This document shows, piece after piece, positions 10,373 through 17,978 of a stretch of DNA of 64,000 nucleotides; within the stretch, counting starts at the first letter, position 1; every line of letters begins with the position of its first letter. Made by a program: the position numbers and the translations under genes. Source of the stretch: Verrucomicrobiales bacterium. Its GTDB lineage: Bacteria > Verrucomicrobiota > Verrucomicrobiia > Limisphaerales > J093. The notes under the pieces were generated by a model. That model searched no databases and was not told the DNA's origin. It was given only the letters and a program-made list of their open reading frames with translations. Location: NCBI GenBank assembly GCA_037445715.1, contig JBBIJZ010000002.1, forward strand, positions 30,269 through 94,268, read 5' to 3'.

Positions 10373-10978
10373 ATGAAGCCCCGTTCCCGTTTCCTCCTCC
10401 CGGCGGCTTTGGCGGCGCTGTTGCCCGCCTGCTCCAGTCCCAAGACCGCCTACGTCGAGCCCGGCAGTTCGCGCCTGATCACCAGCGTGGACCAGGTCAA
10501 CATTCAGGACTTCGCCCAGGCGGCGGACACAATGGTGGCCTCGCTCATTGACCACCTCATCAACCCCGGTCAACTCCGCAGCGGCGTGCCCGGCGAGCCG
10601 GCCCTGCTGGCCATCAGCCGCATCCAGAACAACACCGGCCAGCAGCTCGACACCGACCTCCTGGTGAAGAAAATCCGCGTCGCCCTGCTGCGCACCGGCA
10701 AGGTCTGGACCAGCACCACCATCGCCTTCGGCGGCCCCGAAGACCCGCTGGCCGCCGAGGAACAACAACTGCTGGGCAGGTCCGCCGCCGGGGTCAACCG
10801 CCGCCCCGACTACACCTTGTCGGGCAAAATCATTGAAGACCGGACCCGGGCGGGGAACCTCCGCCAGACAGCCTACGTTTTCCAGCTTTCGCTGACCAAA
10901 ACGCCGGAGGGCATCGCGGTGTGGGAAGACGAAAAGACCATCGTCAAGCAGGGCAGCCGGCCGGCGGTGGGTTTCTGA
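10373..10978 (+). CDS. LpoB-like (COG3417) lipoprotein
   Basis: Lipobox ALLPACSS. DFAQAADTMVASL...ALLAISRIQNNTGQQLDTDLLVKKIRVALLRTGKV parallels the E. coli LpoB core (LLVDSVNNRTNGSLN...LRNALANNGKF). Starts 3 nt after the preceding stop. Confidence 0.65.
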   Translation: MKPRSRFLLPAALAALLPACSSPKTAYVEPGSSRLITSVDQVNIQDFAQAADTMVASLIDHLINPGQLRSGVPGEPALLAISRIQNNTGQQLDTDLLVKKIRVALLRTGKVWTSTTIAFGGPEDPLAAEEQQLLGRSAAGVNRRPDYTLSGKIIEDRTRAGNLRQTAYVFQLSLTKTPEGIAVWEDEKTIVKQGSRPAVGF

Positions 10979-10997
10979 AAATTGGGCAAGCCGGACC

Positions 10998-11360
10998 ATG
11001 AAAAACCTGTTGAAAAACCCGTTGATCCTTCTGCCGCTGGCCGCCGTGGTGCTGGCCGGGTGCCGCAGTCCCGAGGCGCGCGTCACCAACCCGAAAGCCC
11101 CCGGCCCCGCCGTGGGCACCGTGGTGGGAAGCGGGGTGGGCGCCGTGGCCGGCAACGTGGCCGGAGCGGTCGTGGGGGTGGGTGAAGGGGCCGCGGCCGC
11201 AGCCAGCCAGCCGTTCAAATACGACCCCGCCAAACGGATCATCTGCCACTGGCACGAGGAAAAGACCCCCGACGGCCGCGTCATCCAGGTGCCCGAGTAC
11301 TACCTGGTGGACGCTCACGGCCGCATCCTGCGTCGCTTGTCGGAAGACGAAGTCCGTTGA
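10998..11360 (+). CDS. small lipoprotein with glycine-zipper segment
   Basis: Lipobox VVLAGCRS. Glycine-zipper stretch GTVVGSGVGAVAGNVAGAVVGVGEG. Fourth consecutive lipoprotein gene on the same strand. Confidence 0.5.
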   Translation: MKNLLKNPLILLPLAAVVLAGCRSPEARVTNPKAPGPAVGTVVGSGVGAVAGNVAGAVVGVGEGAAAAASQPFKYDPAKRIICHWHEEKTPDGRVIQVPEYYLVDAHGRILRRLSEDEVR

Positions 11361-11622
11361 GCGGAAGCGTCCCCGCGCGTCGAGGACGCACCGCCCCCTG
11401 GCCCGTTTTCCGGGATAAGGCCGTTCCACACCGGCCAATCACCGACCGGAGCGAAGGATGTCATTGCGTGTAGCGGTGAAATCTCCGAAGGGTCCGGTGC
11501 GCAGCGCGCCTGGGCCGGCCGGTTTGTGGCTCCCGGCCATCTGCGTGCCGAAAGCTTGCAGGAAAGCGGCGACGCGTTCCACAGTGCTCCCTGACGCGGC
11601 CGGTGTCCGCGTCGCCCTTCCG

Positions 11623-11710
11623 GCCGGTGTGGCGAAATGGCAGACGCAAGGGACTTAAAATCCCTTGGCCAGGATTGGCCGTGTGGGTTCGAGTCCCACC
11701 ACCGGCACCA
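11623..11710 (+). tRNA. tRNA-Leu (anticodon UAA), CCA encoded
   Basis: Hand-folded cloverleaf. Acceptor GCCGGTG/CACCGGC. D-arm region TGGCGAAATGGCAGACGC. Anticodon stem AGGGA/TCCCT with loop CTTAAAA. Long variable arm TGGCCAGGATTGGCCGT. T arm GTGGG-TTCGAGT-CCCAC. Discriminator A followed by CCA. Confidence 0.92.
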
Positions 11711-11853
11711 GATTTCGCGAGCATCCCGCGTTGCGGCGTGCCGAGCGAGTTTCGTCGGGGCCGGCGCGCCCCAAAGCAGGCCCGCGCTACGCAGAAAGCC
11801 TGTTGACGCAACCGCGGTCTTTGGTACCTTCACCGCTCTTTGTTCGGAGCTTG

Positions 11854-12288
11854 ATGAAGACGTACTTGCCCAAAGTGGACTTGAACGCCCGGCAATGGCG
11901 GGTGGTGGATGCCGACGGCATGGTGCTGGGCCGCCTGGCGGCCACCGTGGCCAACCTGCTACGCGGCAAAGACAAACCGATCTTCACCCCGCACCTGGAC
12001 ACCGGTGATTTTGTGATCGTGATCAACGCCGAGAAGGTCCGCCTGACCGGCAAAAAGGAAACCCAGAAGCGCTACATGACCTACTCGGGGTGGAAGGGTG
12101 GCGAGAAATTCCGCACCGTGGCCGAGGTGCGCGCCCGGCACCCCGAGCAGCTCATCCTGCACGCCGTGAAGGGCATGATCCCCAAAAACCGTCTGGGCGC
12201 CCGGATGCTCACCAAACTGAAGGTCTTCCGCGGCCCCCAGCATCCCCATCAGGCTCAAAAACCGATTCCCACTCCCCTCCCTGCCTAG
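11854..12288 (+). CDS. rplM: 50S ribosomal protein L13
   Basis: Listed ORF 11665..12288 trimmed to ATG 11854. WRVVDADGMVLGRLAATVANLLRGK, GDFVIVINAEK, YSGWKGG. Confidence 0.95.
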   Translation: MKTYLPKVDLNARQWRVVDADGMVLGRLAATVANLLRGKDKPIFTPHLDTGDFVIVINAEKVRLTGKKETQKRYMTYSGWKGGEKFRTVAEVRARHPEQLILHAVKGMIPKNRLGARMLTKLKVFRGPQHPHQAQKPIPTPLPA

Positions 12289-12294
12289 TCTCCC

Positions 12295-12690
12295 ATGACC
12301 CAGGTTGCTGAACTTCTCGGCACGGGCCGGCGCAAGGAAGCCGTGGCGCGCGTGCGTCTGGCCCCCGGCAGCGGCAAAATCACCATCAACGGCCGGCCGA
12401 TCGAAAACTACTTTGTCCTCGAATCCCAGCGCGTTTGGGCCACGCATCCCCTGGTGGTCACGGAAACGGCGGGCAAATTCGACGTGCGCGTCAACGTCAC
12501 CGGCGGCGGCCTCAGCGGCCAGGCCGGGGCGGTGCGCCTGGGCATCGCCCGCGCGTTGCTCAGTTCCGACCCCAACCTCCGTCCGCGGCTCAAGGCCGAA
12601 GGCCTGCTCACTCGCGACCCCCGCGTGAAGGAGCGTAAGAAGTACGGCCAGCCGGGCGCACGCAAGCGTTTCCAGTTCAGCAAACGCTAA
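12295..12690 (+). CDS. rpsI: 30S ribosomal protein S9
   Basis: [14 protein letters not shown] near the N-terminus. C-terminus [16 protein letters not shown]. Starts 6 nt after rplM. Confidence 0.95.
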   Translation: MTQVAELLGTGRRKEAVARVRLAPGSGKITINGRPIENYFVLESQRVWATHPLVVTETAGKFDVRVNVTGGGLSGQAGAVRLGIARALLSSDPNLRPRLKAEGLLTRDPRVKERKKYGQPGARKRFQFSKR

Positions 12691-12850
12691 AGCGGCATTG
12701 CCCACCGCTCCAGCGGGGGCCGACCTCCCTCCGCTTTGGGGTGGTGTGCGAGTCCCGACCCGGCGGACACCTGCCGCTCCTGCCCGGTGTCATCGCCCGC
12801 CGGGCAAGAAATCTCCGGCCCGGGCTCAACGACCGCCGCGGCTTTCAACA

Positions 12851-12878
12851 CCCCGCCGAAGCCTCGGCGGGGTTTTTT
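12851..12878 (+). terminator. Rho-independent terminator of the rplM-rpsI unit
   Basis: Perfect 9-bp stem ccccgccga (12851-12859) / tcggcgggg (12864-12872), loop agcc, then six T at 12873-12878. It sits 160 nt after the rpsI stop. Confidence 0.75.
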
Positions 12879-12967
12879 GTCGCTACTTGAAGGTGGTGTT
12901 GCTTGACACCTCAAGATTTTGTGGGCAACGTCCGCGCCAGCCACATTTAGCAGTAGGCCGAGCCCTT

Positions 12968-13453
12968 ATGCGTTGTCCCAAGTGCGGTTGCCGAGAAGAC
13001 AAGGTCATAGACTCCCGGGCCTCCCGGGAAGGGGCAACCATCCGGCGTCGCCGCGAGTGCCTGGCCTGTGGCCACCGCTTCACCACCTACGAGCAGGTGG
13101 AAACCCGCCCCTTGGCGGTCATCAAACGCGACGGCCGACGCGAACCGTTCTCGAAGGACAAGCTGCGCAGCGGCATCAGCCGCGCGTGCGACAAACGCCC
13201 CGTCAGCCCGGCCCAAATCGAGGAACTCGTCGAGCGGGTGAGCGGCGAGCTGCACAGCGAGTTCGACGGCGAGGTCCCGGCCACGGTGATCGGGGAACGG
13301 GTCATGAGCGAACTGCGCGGCCTGGACCCGGTGGCCTACGTGCGCTTTGCCAGTGTCTATCGCCGGTTCGAGGAGGCCACAGATTTCCTGCAAGCGGTCA
13401 AACATCTGGAGGTCCCGCATGATACGGCTACGTACCGACTGCCTGGTTTTTGA
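12968..13453 (+). CDS. nrdR: transcriptional repressor NrdR
   Basis: Listed ORF 12698..13453 trimmed to ATG 12968. Zinc ribbon CPKCGC...CLACGHRF. ATP-cone segment KRDGRREPFSKDKLRSGI. Confidence 0.9.
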   Translation: MRCPKCGCREDKVIDSRASREGATIRRRRECLACGHRFTTYEQVETRPLAVIKRDGRREPFSKDKLRSGISRACDKRPVSPAQIEELVERVSGELHSEFDGEVPATVIGERVMSELRGLDPVAYVRFASVYRRFEEATDFLQAVKHLEVPHDTATYRLPGF

Positions 13454-13973
13454 AACGGCCGCCGGCGGGGTGCCCTGCCCCGTGGAGTACGTGATCCACG
13501 AACTCCTGGGCGAGGCCTCCACGTGGGTGGACCCCGAGATTCTCCGACAGGCCGCCGCGGGCGTGTTGCGTTATTTCCGGGACGACCTGGAGCGCGACAC
13601 CGTGACCGTGGACGAATTTTCCCGCGTCCTGGCCCGGGTGTTGCGGAACTTTGGCGTGCAAGTGGTCACCGAAACGGCGCCCAAGGGCGGCGAAGAAGTT
13701 TTTCCGCTCGACCTCCGGGACCTGGTGCGCGAAGCGGGCGCGAACTTCGAACTGGCGTTTTTCACCCGCCTGCGGGGTGAACTGACCCAACGCCTGGCCC
13801 GCGCGCCGCGGGTGTTGCGCCTGCAGGGCCTGCGCCCCTGCGTCAAACACCTGGTCTCGGCGCAACGCTGGTGTCCGCGCTGCCGCCGGCTCAGTCACCA
13901 GATTCTGGATTTCCTGGACGAGTGCCTGCGGGAAGCCGCGCCGGGTGGCGGCTGCGCCCTGGTGGTGAGTTGA
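13419..13973 (+). CDS. hypothetical protein (184 aa), overlaps the nrdR 3' end by 35 nt
   Basis: ORF 13347..13973 trimmed to ATG 13419 (MIRLRTDCLVFE). Balanced composition, unlike the Arg/Gly-rich shadow ORFs. Contains CPRC. No family recognised. Confidence 0.45.
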   Translation: MIRLRTDCLVFETAAGGVPCPVEYVIHELLGEASTWVDPEILRQAAAGVLRYFRDDLERDTVTVDEFSRVLARVLRNFGVQVVTETAPKGGEEVFPLDLRDLVREAGANFELAFFTRLRGELTQRLARAPRVLRLQGLRPCVKHLVSAQRWCPRCRRLSHQILDFLDECLREAAPGGGCALVVS

Positions 13974-14039
13974 GCCGCGCTCCGGCCGGTTCCACCGCGG
14001 CGCCAATCCGTTCGCCGGCTTGGCGGCCCGCGCCGCGCC

Positions 14040-15248
14040 TCACAGCCGGTACTGCGGAATCTTCAGCCATTCCCCGCCCTTGAGGGCGGACTGGTGGGCC
14101 ACGATGCCGGCCACCGTCATGTTCAGGGCCAGCGCCACATCCACCCGCGGCCGGCGTCGCTCCAGGATGGCGGTCACAAACTCGTTCATCAAATACCCGT
14201 GCGAACCGCCGTGCCCGCCGGCCTCGACCCCCGGCGGCAACGGCGGCCGGCGCGTGTCGGGCAGGTTCTTCTCCAACCCCTCGAAGCGACCGTGAAAGCT
14301 GCCGCGCTGGCCCCGCACGCGGCCGCGTTCGCCCTCGTCGCCGGGTGTGTCCCAGCTCACGGCCATGCGGGACATGCCGCCCTCGCTGGTGCGGAACAGG
14401 GCGATCTCGGTGCCGAAGGGATTTCGGTAACGGTTGTGGGCGGGTTGGAGGTGTTCGATCCGGCTGGGCATGCCCAGGCAGGAAACCTCGGTAAAACTGC
14501 CGCCGGTGACGCCCAGGTGGTAGGCGTTCGAGTGCGTCGGGTACCATTGCGGCGGCAGGCCCACCCGCCAGTCCCGGAAGGACGGGATCGGCTGCTCCAT
14601 GTAGTGGTAGTACTCACCCTCCGAGTACACGATCTCCCCCAGCAACCCGGCGCGGTAAAGTGTGCGCATCGCGTGCAGGTCGGCATGGTAACAGGAGGTC
14701 TCGAACATCATGTAGGTCAGGCCGGACTTCTTCACCGCGGCGAAGAGCTGGTCCGCCTCTTCCAGCGAGCCGAACACCGCCGGCACCGCGCAGGCCACGT
14801 GTTTGCCGTGCTCGAGCGCCAGGATGCTGTGGCGCGAGTGGCTGGGGGCGTCCGTGGCCACAAACACCGCCTCGATGCGGTCGTCTTTGACCAATTCCTC
14901 CAGTGAAGGGTAGGTCTTCGCGCATCGGCACGCCCGCGCCAGCGCGGCGCAACGCTCCGGAATCAGGTCGCTCACCGCCACGACCTCGACATTCGGGTGG
15001 TCCTGGAAACCGAACACCGCCCCGAACTGGCACACCCCGTAGCCCACAATGCCCACGCGCAGGCGGCGGTCGGACACGGGCTTCCAACCCCGCGAGGCTT
15101 CCGGATCGGTGGGCGCCTTTTCAAACCCCGCGATCGGCACGTCCTGGGCGCGCGCCAGCAGGGCGACGGCGCTCCCGGCGCCGACGCTTTTCAGGAAGCT
15201 CCGGCGCGAGGCGCCCGCCGGCGGCAACGGCTTGCGAGGTGTCTTCAT
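14040..15248 (-). CDS. Gfo/Idh/MocA-family oxidoreductase with twin-arginine signal
   Basis: ORF trimmed to ATG 15248 (MKTPRKPL). Canonical Tat motif SRRSFLKSVGAGSAV. Rossmann start RVGIVGYGVCQFG. Confidence 0.85.
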   Translation of the reverse strand: MKTPRKPLPPAGASRRSFLKSVGAGSAVALLARAQDVPIAGFEKAPTDPEASRGWKPVSDRRLRVGIVGYGVCQFGAVFGFQDHPNVEVVAVSDLIPERCAALARACRCAKTYPSLEELVKDDRIEAVFVATDAPSHSRHSILALEHGKHVACAVPAVFGSLEEADQLFAAVKKSGLTYMMFETSCYHADLHAMRTLYRAGLLGEIVYSEGEYYHYMEQPIPSFRDWRVGLPPQWYPTHSNAYHLGVTGGSFTEVSCLGMPSRIEHLQPAHNRYRNPFGTEIALFRTSEGGMSRMAVSWDTPGDEGERGRVRGQRGSFHGRFEGLEKNLPDTRRPPLPPGVEAGGHGGSHGYLMNEFVTAILERRRPRVDVALALNMTVAGIVAHQSALKGGEWLKIPQYRL

Positions 15249-15379
15249 GCGCCTTGTGGTAACGCCCCGTCGGGCCGCTGTCACGTCTTCGCGCGACCAC
15301 GCCTCATCGCGCGCGGACGCGCTGCTGCCCGCCGCAAATCGGGCTTCCCAGCCGCGCCCGGCCTTTCCACCATCGCGCC

Positions 15380-16801
15380 ATGCGCACTCCTCGCCCCACC
15401 CCACTGCCAGGCCGCGCCCCGGTGTGGCGCTGCGGAGCGGCCGCGATCCTGGCGGCCCGGCTGCTCGCCGCCGAACCGCCCACGGCGGAGTCGCATTTGC
15501 TGGTGGACCTGCCACCGGCACCGTACCCGACCGCGCTGCTCACCAACTCGCCCTTCGGCATCAACAGCGCCCTGGACCCCGGCCAGCCCGACCTCGAGAC
15601 CCATTTTCAGGCCATGCAGGACCTGGGCGTGAAGTGGGTCCGGCAGGATTTCACCTGGCGCCAGATCGAACGGGCGCCGGGTCAATACCAGTGGCAGGCC
15701 TACGACCAACTGGTGGAAACCGCGCACGAGCACGGCATCCAACTGCTCGGCTGCCTGGCCTACGCGCCCAGTTTCCATGACCCCGCCACCCCCGCCGGCG
15801 CCGATGCCTACGCCAAATTCGCCGAGGCCGCCGCGCGCCGTTACGCCGGGCGGGTGGATTACTGGCAGATTTGGAACGAGCCCAACGGCGGATTCTGGAA
15901 GGGCAGTCCCGAGGATTACGCCCGCCTGCTCAGCGTGGCCGGCCCGGCCATTCGCCTGGTCAACCGTCAGGCCCGGGTCGTGGCCCTCAACATGGCCTTC
16001 TGCGATGTGCTCTGGGCCGGTCGCGTGCTCAAGCAGGTCTCCCCCGCCGCTTACGACATCGTGGCCTTCCACCCGTACCGCCCGCCCTCGGCGCCCGAGG
16101 AGCCCTTCGACTGGTGGATGCTCGACCAGTACGTGAAGTCCTGGCACGCCGGCGAACTGCCCACCAACTACTCGCAGGTGAACATGACGTTCCTCGAGCA
16201 AACCGCCGAACTGGCCCGCCTGCTCGAACGTCTCAACGCCCCCAAGCCGCTCTGGGTCACCGAAATCTGCTGGAACTCGCACCTCCACCCCTACGGCGTG
16301 AGCGAACTGCGCCAGGCCGACCTGCTGGTCCGCTTCCACGTCCTGGCCCTGGCCTCGCGCCGGATCGAAAAGGTCTTCTGGTGGGCGCTGCGCGACCAGG
16401 GCGTGCGCCAGTACGACCAGGCGGACATGGTGGGGCTGATGCGGTTTGACCGCTCGCCCAAGTACAGCTTCGCCGCGTACGCCTGGATGACCCGCCTGCT
16501 CGAGGGCAGGCGCTGGGTCCGCAACGACGCCTTCGGCCCGCGCGTGTTCGTGGTGGTCTTCAACGACCCCGAGAAAAAGCAGGACACCCTGGTCGCCTGG
16601 GCCACGCAGCCCGTGGCCTATCTGCGGGTAAACACCCCCGAAAGCGGGCTCGAGGTTTACGACGTCTTCGGCACCCGGCGCTTCGTCGAGCACGACCCCG
16701 TGCGCACCGCCAGCTTTTCCGTGCCCATCGGCGAAAGCCCGATCTACCTCGTCGGCGCCGAGGGGCTGCGCGCCACGGTCCGCGAACTGCCCGGCTGGTA
16801 G
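15380..16801 (+). CDS. secreted glycoside hydrolase, clan GH-A (family not assignable by eye)
   Basis: Signal peptide. VKWVRQDFTW. Acid/base-type NEP in YWQIWNEPN. Nucleophile-type TE in LWVTEICW. Confidence 0.7.
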   Translation: MRTPRPTPLPGRAPVWRCGAAAILAARLLAAEPPTAESHLLVDLPPAPYPTALLTNSPFGINSALDPGQPDLETHFQAMQDLGVKWVRQDFTWRQIERAPGQYQWQAYDQLVETAHEHGIQLLGCLAYAPSFHDPATPAGADAYAKFAEAAARRYAGRVDYWQIWNEPNGGFWKGSPEDYARLLSVAGPAIRLVNRQARVVALNMAFCDVLWAGRVLKQVSPAAYDIVAFHPYRPPSAPEEPFDWWMLDQYVKSWHAGELPTNYSQVNMTFLEQTAELARLLERLNAPKPLWVTEICWNSHLHPYGVSELRQADLLVRFHVLALASRRIEKVFWWALRDQGVRQYDQADMVGLMRFDRSPKYSFAAYAWMTRLLEGRRWVRNDAFGPRVFVVVFNDPEKKQDTLVAWATQPVAYLRVNTPESGLEVYDVFGTRRFVEHDPVRTASFSVPIGESPIYLVGAEGLRATVRELPGW

Positions 16802-16880
16802 CGCCGGAACGGAGCGCCGGAGCGAATTGCGCGCCCGGCCTGCACGCCCCGCACCAAACCAACACGGCCCCGACCGCGAC

Positions 16881-17975
16881 TCAACGCACCCGTTCGACCA
16901 CCACCTGCTTCAGGTCGCTGACGCCGATCTGGAGCAACTCGGCGTTCTGGTACAGGGCGAGGCTGGTCTTGACCGCCGGCCGGCCGGCCAGCTCGCGTTG
17001 GTGTTCCAGCTCGCGGATCGCCAGCACATCCAGCGCCACGGGGTCGGTGCCGAACCAGAGCTGATTCAGCACCGCCGAGTAGTGCAGGAGCGTGCGCTCC
17101 TCGCCGTAGTACTGCGCCAGCAGGGCGTCGGTCACGTTCAACACCACCCGGTCGCCCAGCAACGGCAGCGCGCAGATTTCCGGCACTGCCACCGCCAGCC
17201 GGCCGGCGTCGCCGGTGAACCGGAGCGTGTTGTCCACGCTGCCCAACGCCAGCCCGGCCAGGTGTCCGGACACGCCGCTGTGGTTGTGGTTGAGCAGCGG
17301 GACCACGCTGATGATCCGGGTCAACTCCCGGCTGACCAACCGGCTCACGTACGAGCGCCGGCTCAGGGATTGCCCCTGCTGGTCGAAGTCCACGTCGCCA
17401 TGCACCACCTGCCCGAGGATCGAGTTTTCGTAAAACTCGTTGGTGTCGTAGCCCGCCTCGAGCGCCGCCGCCACGCGCACCCCCTGCCGGGCCGCCAGGT
17501 CCACAAAACCGGCCTGCCGCAAAGGCGCCATTTGCTTGTCCCAGATCACCACCCGCTCCGGCGGATGGCCCGCGGTGAGCAGGCTCGAGACCAGCGCCTC
17601 GACCACCGCCGGCCGGGTCCCGCTCAACGCACCCGGCGCGGCGTGGACCTTGATGCCCACCACCTCCTGGGTGCTCAAGAGGCTGCGCCAGGCCGCCTCG
17701 GGTGTGGGCTGACCGGTGAAATGGGTCAACCCGCGGTCCACCATGCGCCGCAGGACCTCGCGCTGGGGCTGGTAAGCCACCATGGCGGCCGGGTCTTCCA
17801 CCACCACCACCCGGGCCCGGGCCGGGGCCGGAAGGGGGAACATCGGCGCCGACATCGCCGGAGCCGGGGCCGAAATCGGGGGGGGCGTTTCGGGGAAGGG
17901 CTCCGCGCCAATCGCCAGCCAACCTCCCAGCAGGACCGCGGCAATCCCGCCCGGGTTCCTTGACGTGCCAGACAT
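16881..17975 (-). CDS. DUF362-like exported protein
   Basis: N-terminal hydrophobic signal. VVGIKVHAAPG and VVPLLNHNHSGVSGHLAG resemble the DUF362 family as I recall it. Confidence 0.55.
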   Translation of the reverse strand: MSGTSRNPGGIAAVLLGGWLAIGAEPFPETPPPISAPAPAMSAPMFPLPAPARARVVVVEDPAAMVAYQPQREVLRRMVDRGLTHFTGQPTPEAAWRSLLSTQEVVGIKVHAAPGALSGTRPAVVEALVSSLLTAGHPPERVVIWDKQMAPLRQAGFVDLAARQGVRVAAALEAGYDTNEFYENSILGQVVHGDVDFDQQGQSLSRRSYVSRLVSRELTRIISVVPLLNHNHSGVSGHLAGLALGSVDNTLRFTGDAGRLAVAVPEICALPLLGDRVVLNVTDALLAQYYGEERTLLHYSAVLNQLWFGTDPVALDVLAIRELEHQRELAGRPAVKTSLALYQNAELLQIGVSDLKQVVVERVR

Positions 17976-17978
17976 GAG

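Noticed and set aside
11361-11853. tRNA-Leu as an integration hotspot, and a search for an integrase, att repeats or a mobile element nearby.
   Set aside because: The flanking genes are a lipoprotein cluster and rplM-rpsI. There is no integrase or transposase, and I could not find a duplicated tRNA 3' end.
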